From a virus: a stretch of DNA of 64,000 nucleotides. Position 1 is the stretch's first letter, and each line of letters begins with the position of its first letter. The DNA lies in IMG/VR virus record IMGVR_UViG_3300023174_000097, positions 39,707-103,706 of that record; one strand, 5' to 3'. The notes beneath the pieces are model-generated. The model searched no databases. It worked only from the letters and a program-made list of their open reading frames with translations, and had not been told where the DNA came from. Below are positions 54,640 to 63,884 of this stretch, piece after piece. Both the position numbers and the translations under genes were made by a program.

Positions 54640-57315
54640 ATGGCTGACGATAAAGAACAAAAAATAAATAATGCAAGAAGAATTGTTGATCAATCTGTTT
54701 TAATACAGAACATTGATACCATAACAGCATTAGCTTCTCCTGTTGTAAATATTAATAGTGGTCCATTTGTTAATGGTATATCTTTAGAAGAAGAAGGTTC
54801 TTTAGAGAATTCGGGCACTACAATAAATAAACTTTATAATTTTAAAGATTTTATTGAAGCATACAATCAATTAAGTCCAGCTTCTTTGTCAACGTTAATT
54901 CCTTATATAGAAATTTGGAAAATTTATGAAGATGATAAGGAATTTTTTATTCCTTTTAATAACTTTTATCCAAAATCGGCAATTGATTCAATAACAGCAG
55001 CTGGTTCGGATAGAGGATACCAAGCTAATTTGGTTAGTTTAGAATTTATTTCTCAAGGAAAAGATACTGCAACAACATTTATATATCAAGTAAAAATGAA
55101 TATAGTTTTTGATTCAATTCAAACATTATTTAATGAAAAGTCAAGATATTTAGAACTTTTTAATCCTCCAAAAGAGAAAAAATCTCAAAGACTTGAGAGA
55201 GATCCAAAATATTATCAAATAAAATTAAAATTTGGTTGGAATTACAACAAAGATCTACCACCAGATTTGAAGCCACAACAATTACAAGCTTTTGCAGATG
55301 TTTCTGGAAGTGAATTATTTTTAAGTTATGTTATACATAAATTAACTATCAATGAAGATGGTTCTGTTGGATTGCAAGTAGAATATATCGGTTCTCTTGA
55401 GGCTGTGGCAAGAAATTCAACAAAACTAACAGTTTTATCTGGTCAAGAAATGATAGATTTAAAAGATACTTCTGAGCAAATTAGAATAATTGAAGAAAAA
55501 TTAAAAGAACAAGATCCTGATTTAGCTATAGAAGTAAAATCCGAAGAAGATCAAAAAATTGAAGTTAAAATAACAAAAGGTACACAAGGTGATGTAAGCG
55601 ATGCGTATAGGGGAGATAAAGAAACATTAGAAAAGCTTTATGCAAAAAAAAATTCTTTAGAATCAGATAATAAAAAACAGTTAACTGATTCTATTTTAAA
55701 TAAAATTATTCAACAATATGGTGGTAGTTTGCCAAGAATAGTTATGGATAGTATTACTTATGCAAGACAATTTAGAATAATGGAATCTTATTCTTCTTTA
55801 AATGAATTAAATAAATTAGATGCTATTAAAAAATCACGTGATTTACTTTCAATTAATTCTAACAATGATTCAAAAGTACTTTATTTAGATTGGGCACCAC
55901 TTAGATCAAAAGACGAAATAAACGATTTTAACATTGATGAATATTTAAAACAACTTGATAACCCTGATTCTTGGTATTTATCATTTTATAAATCAGCCTT
56001 TAAAACCAGTTTTGAATTAGCTGCGGCAGGATTAGAACCCTTCAGTGAAAACGCTTCAGAAGTTGCAAACATAGTTGGTGATATGTCACAAGTACCTGGT
56101 TTTGATTCTTCCACGATCGGTGGAATGCCATTGCCACCGGCAATATATTCAATTCCATTTTTTAATTTTGGTTCACTTTTAAAAGCACTACAAATTGATA
56201 ATTCAACTAATCAAAAAGAAAGTGAATTTTTAATACTTTGTTCTGATTGTAATATTGCTAATTTTGGAAATGGAAATTTTATGGATTCTAATGAATTAGC
56301 AAAAAATCCAAAATATAAAATTTATGTTGAGAATGGACTATCTTTAAATGGAAATTATGCAATTTTAGATAATACAATTAAACAAATAAATATTACAGAA
56401 ATACCAATATCTATTGCAACTTTTAGATATTGGGTAAATAAAAATATTACTTCTCAAAATCTTACACAAATGAATTTAATAAATTTTTTAAATTTAGCAA
56501 TAACAGATTTATTAAATTTAGCAGTAAAGTCTACAAATCAAGATTACGTTCCAACTCAAAATATACAATTTAAATTTTTCTTTGACAAGGTTGAATTTAA
56601 TGATGATGATGTTTTTTTAAATTTAGTTAGACAAAATCAAGGAAAAATATTATCTAAATCTTTATATGGTGATATAAAAGACTTTATTACTAATAAACAA
56701 ATAGGCTCTTCTAATCCGATTAAAAAAAATATTATAGTATTTTATACCGCTCCACAACATAATTTAAGAAAAAGTGATCTTGTTAAAGACTTAAAAGATG
56801 GTATACCTCATTTTTTCTACGGACAAAATAGAGGGATAATAAATAAAATTACCTTTAGAGAAGAAAATATGCCATTTGTGAGAGAGGCTAACATACAAAC
56901 TCAAGTTGATAGAAAGCCATGGAAAGCAGGTGTCTTTTTAAGAGGTAAATATAATGTTACAATAGAAATGCTTGGTACTGTCAATTTTAGAATTGGTAGT
57001 ATGATTTATATATCACCATCATTTCCAGGGGTTATAAACTATGGAGATCCTATAGAATATGGTATTGGTGGATATTTTGTCATAATATCTATAAAAACAT
57101 CTATTGAATCAGGTAAATATATTACAACTTTAGAAGCAAATTGGGTTTCAACTGGAACTGGAGAATATTCAAACTTAAATCATCTTCCATTTAAGGTTAT
57201 AAAACTTAGAAAAGCATTAACTCAATTACAATCCGATAAAGAAAATGAAGAAAAAAGTAAGCAACAAGAAAAAAGAGAAACAAGAGATAAATTTGTAAAT
57301 GCTGGTCCTAAATAA
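54640..57315 (+). CDS. Baseplate hub protein (gp27/gpD-like)
   Basis: KLKFGW; C-terminal YNVTIEMLG..NFRIG...GGYF.I..I......GKYITTLEA. Confidence 0.6.
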   Translation: MADDKEQKINNARRIVDQSVLIQNIDTITALASPVVNINSGPFVNGISLEEEGSLENSGTTINKLYNFKDFIEAYNQLSPASLSTLIPYIEIWKIYEDDKEFFIPFNNFYPKSAIDSITAAGSDRGYQANLVSLEFISQGKDTATTFIYQVKMNIVFDSIQTLFNEKSRYLELFNPPKEKKSQRLERDPKYYQIKLKFGWNYNKDLPPDLKPQQLQAFADVSGSELFLSYVIHKLTINEDGSVGLQVEYIGSLEAVARNSTKLTVLSGQEMIDLKDTSEQIRIIEEKLKEQDPDLAIEVKSEEDQKIEVKITKGTQGDVSDAYRGDKETLEKLYAKKNSLESDNKKQLTDSILNKIIQQYGGSLPRIVMDSITYARQFRIMESYSSLNELNKLDAIKKSRDLLSINSNNDSKVLYLDWAPLRSKDEINDFNIDEYLKQLDNPDSWYLSFYKSAFKTSFELAAAGLEPFSENASEVANIVGDMSQVPGFDSSTIGGMPLPPAIYSIPFFNFGSLLKALQIDNSTNQKESEFLILCSDCNIANFGNGNFMDSNELAKNPKYKIYVENGLSLNGNYAILDNTIKQINITEIPISIATFRYWVNKNITSQNLTQMNLINFLNLAITDLLNLAVKSTNQDYVPTQNIQFKFFFDKVEFNDDDVFLNLVRQNQGKILSKSLYGDIKDFITNKQIGSSNPIKKNIIVFYTAPQHNLRKSDLVKDLKDGIPHFFYGQNRGIINKITFREENMPFVREANIQTQVDRKPWKAGVFLRGKYNVTIEMLGTVNFRIGSMIYISPSFPGVINYGDPIEYGIGGYFVIISIKTSIESGKYITTLEANWVSTGTGEYSNLNHLPFKVIKLRKALTQLQSDKENEEKSKQQEKRETRDKFVNAGPK

Positions 57316-57321
57316 AATATA

Positions 57322-58596
57322 ATGAAATATAAAAATATAAACGATAAATATTTAAAAGAAATAAACAGCGTGGCAGAAGAAGCCAATTTATATGGCTCTA
57401 CTTCTAAATATACAATATTTCCTAAAGGTAATAATGCTTTACCGGCAAAAAAACTTTATTATGAAAGATTAAATTATGAAATTGAATTTGAAAATGTCTC
57501 TTCTATAGAAGGGTTTATATCAGATAATTTTAAAAGTTATTTATATTCTAATCAATTGTATGGTAAAATAAATTTAAATAATGATGTTGTTAATGTTGAT
57601 GAAGCAAAATTAAAAAGTTTAGATGCAGATCCAAAATTAATGTTAATTGCTCCTGCAGCAGATGCGTTTAATGCTCTATATGCTCGTCATAGAGGATTAA
57701 TCAATTCAAATGGAATATCTTCACAAAGTAAATTTTATAATATAAAACCTAAAAAAGCATTTATATCTCCAAATTTACAACATTCTCAATATTTAAACGT
57801 TTATTTTAATAAATTTTATAATTTTATTAATAACAATAATTTAAATAATAAAATTGTTGATTTTAAATCATTTATAAAATATTTTGTATTTTATTACAAT
57901 CAAAATGAAAAAGTTATTAACAAAACAGAATTTATAAAAAACTCATTGTGTTCTCCTCGTAGTTCTGGATTGGTTGTTGAAATAAGTTTTGATAGTCATG
58001 GAAATGATTTAAATTCTTATAAAAACTATTTGCGAGATCCTTCATTTAGTATTTTTGATACATTAACAAAACAATATGGATTTGTTATGGACAAATATTC
58101 ACCTTGGAGATTGACTTTTGATATTGCTGGAGCAAATGCTTTGCCGTATTTGCAAACTCATAATATTGAAAATATAAATGGATTTTTTGATAATTTTTAT
58201 TATTTTACTGATTATTTTAATTTTGAAAGTTTAAAAATTTCTTTATTAAATTTATATAATTTTATTGTTAAAGAGCAGCCATATGCAAAAAATGTAATTA
58301 CAAGTTTTAAAAATAATAAAGCTTGTATAAATGAAAAACAAATTTTAAGAGAAGCTATACGATATGAAAATTTATATGATAATATAACAGAACAAGATTT
58401 AATGAAGTTATATTTTTATACTAAAGTTAGAGAAAATAATATTATTTCTTCAGAAAGTCAATTTGAACAAATGTTCAATGAAATTATTAATATAAAAACA
58501 TATCAAAATAATTTTTTTGCTTTTGATTTTATTAATGAAAAATGTAAAACTCTTAAAGATACCGGTGATATAAAATATACGCGCACTTTCTTTTAG
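57322..58596 (+). CDS. Hypothetical baseplate-region protein, possibly a degenerate M15-peptidase fold
   Basis: AADAF, SGLVVEI, KQYGF, PWRL. Confidence 0.45.
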   Translation: MKYKNINDKYLKEINSVAEEANLYGSTSKYTIFPKGNNALPAKKLYYERLNYEIEFENVSSIEGFISDNFKSYLYSNQLYGKINLNNDVVNVDEAKLKSLDADPKLMLIAPAADAFNALYARHRGLINSNGISSQSKFYNIKPKKAFISPNLQHSQYLNVYFNKFYNFINNNNLNNKIVDFKSFIKYFVFYYNQNEKVINKTEFIKNSLCSPRSSGLVVEISFDSHGNDLNSYKNYLRDPSFSIFDTLTKQYGFVMDKYSPWRLTFDIAGANALPYLQTHNIENINGFFDNFYYFTDYFNFESLKISLLNLYNFIVKEQPYAKNVITSFKNNKACINEKQILREAIRYENLYDNITEQDLMKLYFYTKVRENNIISSESQFEQMFNEIINIKTYQNNFFAFDFINEKCKTLKDTGDIKYTRTFF

Positions 58597-58597
58597 A

Positions 58598-58626
58598 TTG
58601 ACAGGCCGCACGGAATAGACTATGAT
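58598..58626 (+). promoter_or_regulatory. Sigma70-type promoter (near-leaderless PolA mRNA)
   Basis: TTGACA-17-TATGAT; ATG 8 nt downstream, no SD. Confidence 0.85.
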
Positions 58627-58634
58627 AGCTGCTT

Positions 58635-59819
58635 ATGACTTTTCTAACGCTTGACGACAAAAACGAATGTATCGGTTACTATCATAACGGAAAACTTTTC
58701 TTCGGTCAAGATCCACCAAAAGAACTTGGACCAACTTGGAAATATATTTCTGTTCTACAAAAAGTAGATAATTTATACGCAAATATTTATGTTGGCGGCA
58801 AAGATTTCAATGAAGTTTGTCCAGAAGATCTTAAAGATGAATGGCTTAGATTAAACAATCAAGCGAAAGCTTTTATCCGTTCTTTTATTGAATCAAAAGT
58901 ATCTTTAAAAGATAATTGCTTTTACGATCTTGTTCCAGAAAAGTTTTTGATTAACTATTGCGATATTAAATGTCGTATTATTGATTATGTTGTGGAAAAT
59001 TATCCAAAGCCAATTGATTATGATTTTAAATCAAATTTAGAAACATTATTGACTACTATTCGTAGTCAAAAACTTTCATTTGATGAAGAGTTTATCAAAA
59101 ACAATCTACACGAACAGAAAATAAAAGAATTTTCACAAAACTATTTGCTAAAAGACAATTATATTAACTATAACCAGTTTCATAGCAAAACAGGTCGCCT
59201 AACAACAGGAGAAAATAGTTTTCCAATTCTTAATATTAGTAAAAATCTTCGTGGCTTGATTAAACCCGATAATAACTTCTTTGTTGATATTGACTACAAT
59301 GCTGCAGAAGTTCGCGTATTCCTCGCTCTAGGTGGTTTTAATCAGCCTATAAACGACATTCATGAGTGGAACCGTAATAAGTTTGGATATGCAGATAGAG
59401 ACACGGCTAAAAACGAGTTTATTTCTTGGTTATATGGTAAAAAGAATGCAAAAGAAAAAGAATTTAAAGAGTTTTACAATACTGACTTGATTAAGAACAA
59501 ATATTGGAATGGTAGTAAAGTTAAAAATTATTACGGCAGAGAGATTGAGTCAGATGACTTTCATAGTATAAATTATATCGTACAAAGCAGTACGGCAGAC
59601 ATGGTGTTGAGGCAGGTATTGAAAGTTAATGAAATACTGAAAAATACTAAATCTAAAATTAAAATGATTATCCATGATAATATTGTGTTAGATATGAATA
59701 AAGAAGATAAGCATTTAGTAAAACAGATAGTAGATACATATAATACTACTGATTTTGGTAAGTTTAGAGCTTCTGTAAAAATTGGTAAATCATTAAATGA
59801 TATGAGGAAGATAATATGA
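58635..59819 (+). CDS. Minimal family A DNA polymerase (no recognisable exonuclease domain)
   Basis: KTGRL, motif A DIDYNAAEVR, motif B RDTAK....WLYG, NYIVQSSTAD, motif C IHDN. Confidence 0.8.
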   Translation: MTFLTLDDKNECIGYYHNGKLFFGQDPPKELGPTWKYISVLQKVDNLYANIYVGGKDFNEVCPEDLKDEWLRLNNQAKAFIRSFIESKVSLKDNCFYDLVPEKFLINYCDIKCRIIDYVVENYPKPIDYDFKSNLETLLTTIRSQKLSFDEEFIKNNLHEQKIKEFSQNYLLKDNYINYNQFHSKTGRLTTGENSFPILNISKNLRGLIKPDNNFFVDIDYNAAEVRVFLALGGFNQPINDIHEWNRNKFGYADRDTAKNEFISWLYGKKNAKEKEFKEFYNTDLIKNKYWNGSKVKNYYGREIESDDFHSINYIVQSSTADMVLRQVLKVNEILKNTKSKIKMIIHDNIVLDMNKEDKHLVKQIVDTYNTTDFGKFRASVKIGKSLNDMRKII

Positions 59820-60637
59820 TTTCTGTTGTTGGTATTGGTGATTTTTGTTGTGAGTTAGTGAATAAATTTTCTTCATATCCGCAATATGAAGTATATAATA
59901 TTAATAATACTATAATTCCTCAATTTAAAAATTCTGAGGATTATGAAAAGAACTATCCAGAAAAATTAAATAAATTAATTGACGACGACAACGAAGAATT
60001 ATCTGTATTTCTTGATGGTTCAGAAGCAATAAGTGGTATTATTCTTAGATTTTTAGAAAATTACAAAAATAGAAAAATCAATATCTATTATATCCGCTCA
60101 GATTTAGAGTTGGTTGGTAATACAGAAAAATTACAAGATAAAATAACATTCAGTATATTACAAGAATACACAAGATCTGGATTATTCAATAAGTTTGTAA
60201 TATTTGATAAATTAAATTTAGAAAAATTTCTTGATGATGTTTCTATTTTAGAGTTTGATGAAAGTTTTAACGATCTTGTATCTTCTACACTTCACTATAT
60301 AAATGTTTATTCAAATATTAAACCAATAGTATCAAATTCAGTAGAATTAAGTGATATTTCCAGAATAGAAACATATGGACTATCAGAAATAGGCAGTACT
60401 GATATTAAATGGTTTTATAATTTAGAAAATATGGAAGAGATAATTTATTATTTTGCTATAAATTCTAATACTCTAAAAAAAGAAAAGAAACTATTGCAGA
60501 CAATTAAAAATCAAGTAAAAGATAAACAAAAAGATAATGTTAAAATAGTTTTTAATGTGTATGAAACAAATTACGAAGAAAATTTTGTATATTGTGTTGG
60601 ACGAACAAAATTCATCCAGCATCCGAGCAGAGCTTGA
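59816..60637 (+). CDS. Degenerate tubulin/FtsZ (PhuZ)-like protein
   Basis: N-terminal SVVGIGDFCC (T1-like), VFLDGSEAISG (T4-loop position), VIFDK. Confidence 0.45.
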   Translation: MISVVGIGDFCCELVNKFSSYPQYEVYNINNTIIPQFKNSEDYEKNYPEKLNKLIDDDNEELSVFLDGSEAISGIILRFLENYKNRKINIYYIRSDLELVGNTEKLQDKITFSILQEYTRSGLFNKFVIFDKLNLEKFLDDVSILEFDESFNDLVSSTLHYINVYSNIKPIVSNSVELSDISRIETYGLSEIGSTDIKWFYNLENMEEIIYYFAINSNTLKKEKKLLQTIKNQVKDKQKDNVKIVFNVYETNYEENFVYCVGRTKFIQHPSRA

Positions 60638-60662
60638 CAAGCGATCTGATCTCTGCTATGAT
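60634..60662 (+). promoter_or_regulatory. Sigma70-type promoter with extended -10
   Basis: TTGACA-17-TATGAT, preceded by TGc. Confidence 0.85.
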
Positions 60663-60721
60663 GCCTCATCACCGTCGTTCACACAGAGTGTTGTGACGAT
60701 GTTATAAAAAAAGGAAACAAA

Positions 60722-61090
60722 ATGTCAAAAGTAACAGTTAATCGTCGTGGACCAACAGGAACAGCCGGTCGTGTAACTCTCGCACATCTTCGTGCTGGAG
60801 AGACTTTCCGTTTTCCCCGTTCTGCCGATGGAACAGTTTATCAGTTGCTATCTGTAAGTGCTCGTTCAATTGATGAAGGTGTACTTGAAGAAGTTGATTC
60901 ATATATGTTTGCTAATGTATCAACCGGACAGGTATTTGCAACAGAAGATAGCCGAACAGTTGTTCCTGTTGATTGTTCGGTAACAGTTCGTGAACGTACA
61001 AATGCCAAGCCACCACGTTCAACTCGTTCTGCTTCAAATAATTCACGTTCAACTAAAGTTATTCGTGCCAAGCGTCGTTCACGTCGCTGA
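60722..61090 (+). CDS. Early small beta protein with an Arg-rich tail, probably nucleic-acid binding
   Basis: AAGGA SD; ends RSTKVIRAKRRSRR. Confidence 0.65.
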   Translation: MSKVTVNRRGPTGTAGRVTLAHLRAGETFRFPRSADGTVYQLLSVSARSIDEGVLEEVDSYMFANVSTGQVFATEDSRTVVPVDCSVTVRERTNAKPPRSTRSASNNSRSTKVIRAKRRSRR

Positions 61091-61113
61091 TAAGTAGAAA
61101 TACTTGATAGTTT

Positions 61114-61144
61114 AGGGCAGAGAAATCTGCCCTTTACTATTTTA
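61114..61144 (+). terminator. Hairpin/terminator
   Basis: agggcaga-gaaa-tctgccct followed by ttactatttt. Confidence 0.65.
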
Positions 61145-61281
61145 TGAGAGCATGATAAGTATAGGTAAGCCGACAATTGTTCTTGATTGTTGAGAATGTC
61201 GGTGGTATGATTGGTATTGCTAGAGCCAACATTAACGGTTAACGCAACAATAAGTTGACGTGCCACAAGGAGTAGATAAAT

Positions 61282-62019
61282 ATGGGTATTGATATTAGCG
61301 CAATGAAGAAAAAACTTGATAAACTCAACAATAAGGGTAAGTCAAGTTCCGATTCAGCCTTCTGGAAACCAGAAGATGGTGTTCATGAAGTTCGTGTTCT
61401 TCCAACACCAGATGGTGATCCGTTCAAGGAATTCTGGTTCCATTATAATGTCGGAAGCCAGAGTGTAATGTGTCCAAAACGCAACTTTGGAGATGATTGT
61501 CCAGTTTGCGAATTTGCAACAAAACTATTCAAGTCAGGTGAACCTGATAGTGTAGCCGCTGCAAAGGATCTTTTCGTCCGTCAGCGTTTCCTTTCACCAA
61601 TTCTTGTTCGTGGGAGTGAAAAGGACGGAGTAAAGGTTTGGTCTTATTCAAAGACTGTTTATGAGGAACTCCTCAAGACTGTTCTTGATCCAGACTTTGG
61701 TGATATTACAGATCCAGAAAACGGATTTGACCTAAAGGTTGACAAGGGCAAGAAAAATGGCGCTCGTTATTCAACAATGTCAGTAAAACCAAAACCAAAG
61801 TCAACTGCCATGTGTAAGGGACTTGGTAGTCAAGAATGTAAGGATTTGCTTGAGAGTGTTCCAGATCTTTCAACAATCTTTACACGAATGAGTACAGCTG
61901 AAGTTCAGACAGCACTTGATAAACATCTTGCTGAACCAGATGAAACAAGTGTTGGAGTTGAGAAGGGTGGTGGCGTTGATAATGCTGTAGACGCTGCAAT
62001 CCGAGAACTTGATCTCTGA
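61282..62019 (+). CDS. Single-stranded DNA-binding protein (T4 gp32-like)
   Basis: FWKP, VRVLP, H...CP.....CPVCE Zn site, GDITDPENGFDL, acidic tail. Confidence 0.88.
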   Translation: MGIDISAMKKKLDKLNNKGKSSSDSAFWKPEDGVHEVRVLPTPDGDPFKEFWFHYNVGSQSVMCPKRNFGDDCPVCEFATKLFKSGEPDSVAAAKDLFVRQRFLSPILVRGSEKDGVKVWSYSKTVYEELLKTVLDPDFGDITDPENGFDLKVDKGKKNGARYSTMSVKPKPKSTAMCKGLGSQECKDLLESVPDLSTIFTRMSTAEVQTALDKHLAEPDETSVGVEKGGGVDNAVDAAIRELDL

Positions 62020-62032
62020 TACACAATAGGTG

Positions 62033-62080
62033 TTGACAAAGACGACCAAAGAGGCTAAAATCTCTTTGGTCGTTTTCTAT
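62033..62080 (+). promoter_or_regulatory. Sigma70 promoter overlapping a terminator-like hairpin
   Basis: TTGACA-17-TAAAAT; the -10 lies in the loop of acgaccaaagag/ctctttggtcgt. Confidence 0.8.
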
Positions 62081-62109
62081 TTTTCCAAATAGATATTTTA
62101 GGAGAAAAC

Positions 62110-63270
62110 ATGAGTATGGCAAAGATAAAAGAAGTCAAAGCAGGTAAAGTAGATGTTGCAGGTCTTAGAAAGGCACTTAATAGTACACTAAAAGGCGCTG
62201 TTTATGATCTGCGTGAAGAAAATCCAACAGATGTAAAAGAATGGATACCAACAGGAGCAACTTGGCTTGATGGCATCATTGCAAAAGGTAGAATGGGAGG
62301 AATCCCAGTAGGAAAAATTATTGAAATTGCTGGTATTCAAGCAACAGGTAAAAGTTATTTAGCGGCACAAATCGCCGGAAATGCACAAAAACAAGGTATT
62401 ATTCCAGTATATTTTGATGCAGAAAGCGCAATCAATAGTGAATTTCTAACAAAAGCCGGTTGTGATCTAGAAAATCTTATTTATATCCAGCCACCTGATC
62501 TTGAAAGTGTGTTTGAAACCATGGAAACACTTATGGGTTCAAGTGAAGATAAATTCTTATTTATTATTGATAGTTTGGCTGCAACACCAACAAAAGTAGA
62601 TACAGAAGGTACATTTAATCCAAATGAGCGTATTGGTGTAAAGGCTGCACTATTGGCAAAAGCATTTCAAAAGATTACAACACCACTTGCACAACACTCT
62701 TCAACACTTATTATGTTGAATCAGCTGAAAGTTAATATCAAAGCAACAAGTGAAGCCCCAATGGGTGGCAAATATCTAACTGATAGTCAGAAATATGGTA
62801 CACCTGGTGGTTCATCGCCAGACTTCTTTACAAGTGTTCGTATTTGGCTCACAAAATCATTTGCTAAAGATAGCATGGTGTATGACGCTAAAGGTTATCA
62901 GATTGGCTCACACGTAAGAGCTAGAATTGAAAAATCCCGTTTTGGAACACAAAATCGTGTTGCAGAATTTAAGATTCTATGGGGTGATCAGGTTGGTGTT
63001 ATGAACGAAGAAAGTATCCTTGAAGCTATCAAAGGAAAAACTGAACACCTAGAGACAGGAACTTGGAACAAATTAACTTATGCTGATGGTACGGTAGAAA
63101 AATGGCAGGGCTTAGAAGAAGGTTTCGTAGAATTAATGAAAACAAATGAAAAGTTCCGTAATCGTGTTATGGAAATCTTTGATTATGAAGTAATTCAGAA
63201 GTTTGATAAGAAATTGGGAGATGCAAAAGATTTCTTGAACGATGGAAAAGGCGAAGAAGTCCAGCACTGA
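62110..63270 (+). CDS. uvsX: RecA/UvsX recombinase
   Basis: IPTG...LD, GGIPVGKIIEIAGIQATGKS, YFDAE, IIDSLAA, LNQL, TPGG. Confidence 0.95.
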   Translation: MSMAKIKEVKAGKVDVAGLRKALNSTLKGAVYDLREENPTDVKEWIPTGATWLDGIIAKGRMGGIPVGKIIEIAGIQATGKSYLAAQIAGNAQKQGIIPVYFDAESAINSEFLTKAGCDLENLIYIQPPDLESVFETMETLMGSSEDKFLFIIDSLAATPTKVDTEGTFNPNERIGVKAALLAKAFQKITTPLAQHSSTLIMLNQLKVNIKATSEAPMGGKYLTDSQKYGTPGGSSPDFFTSVRIWLTKSFAKDSMVYDAKGYQIGSHVRARIEKSRFGTQNRVAEFKILWGDQVGVMNEESILEAIKGKTEHLETGTWNKLTYADGTVEKWQGLEEGFVELMKTNEKFRNRVMEIFDYEVIQKFDKKLGDAKDFLNDGKGEEVQH

Positions 63271-63274
63271 TAAA

Positions 63275-63304
63275 AAACCGGCAGAAATGCGGGTTTCTTC
63301 TTTA
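63275..63304 (+). terminator. Intrinsic terminator
   Basis: aaaccggca-gaaa-tgcgggttt (one mismatch) followed by cttcttt. Confidence 0.6.
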
Positions 63305-63324
63305 TAGGAATCCACGCTCGCTGC

Positions 63325-63353
63325 TTGACACCGCAGCGATCCGCTGCTACAAT
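63325..63353 (+). promoter_or_regulatory. Sigma70-type promoter with extended -10
   Basis: TTGACA-17-TACAAT, preceded by TGc. Confidence 0.85.
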
Positions 63354-63382
63354 CAGAGAAACCAACATAGGAGCCTGATACC

Positions 63383-63878
63383 ATGAAGTATCTTGATTTT
63401 GTAGTACCTCGCTGAATCTATTGCAACGGAATTCCGTGATGATAGTCTTCAGCATCAGATTGTCGCCTTTGCTGTGAAGGGCGGCAAGATTGTTAGTTTC
63501 GGTGTCAATAAGCGTCGTTATTCGCGCAATAAGAGTGTTTTCAAATGTTCTATGCACGCTGAAATTGATTTGTTGAGCAAGATGGGAGATAAGGCAGATG
63601 GTTGCAAAATTTATCTTTATCGTTTTAATAACACTTCGTGCCCGAAGGCTCGTGAAAACAAGAACGGAAAGCCTTGTCCGCTCTGTCAGCACGCTTTGAA
63701 GAACGCTGGAGTTTCCCGAGTTGTATATGTTGATGACGATGGTGAAATGAACATTCTTAAGAACCGTGATATGATGCAACTTATTGGTCAGCCGAGCAAA
63801 ATTACGAATTATTTTCTTGAGCGTTTCGGAGATGCGCACCACGGCAAGTTTATTGTTCAAGAATTTATTGCAGCATGA
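63383..63878 (+). CDS. Zn-dependent CMP/dCMP-type deaminase with a 5' frameshift
   Basis: HAE and PCPLC motifs; the SD-led ATG 63383 is out of frame with the body. Confidence 0.75.
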
Positions 63879-63884
63879 GGATTT

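Noticed and set aside
59816-60637. Nucleus-forming jumbo phage (PhuZ spindle plus chimallin)
   Set aside because: The tubulin motifs are degenerate, no chimallin or multisubunit RNA polymerase is recognisable, and the head and tail genes are T4-like with host-type promoters.
61202-61266. tRNA gene (cloverleaf-like fold)
   Set aside because: No TTCGA T-loop or 7-nt anticodon loop; kept only as a structured leader.
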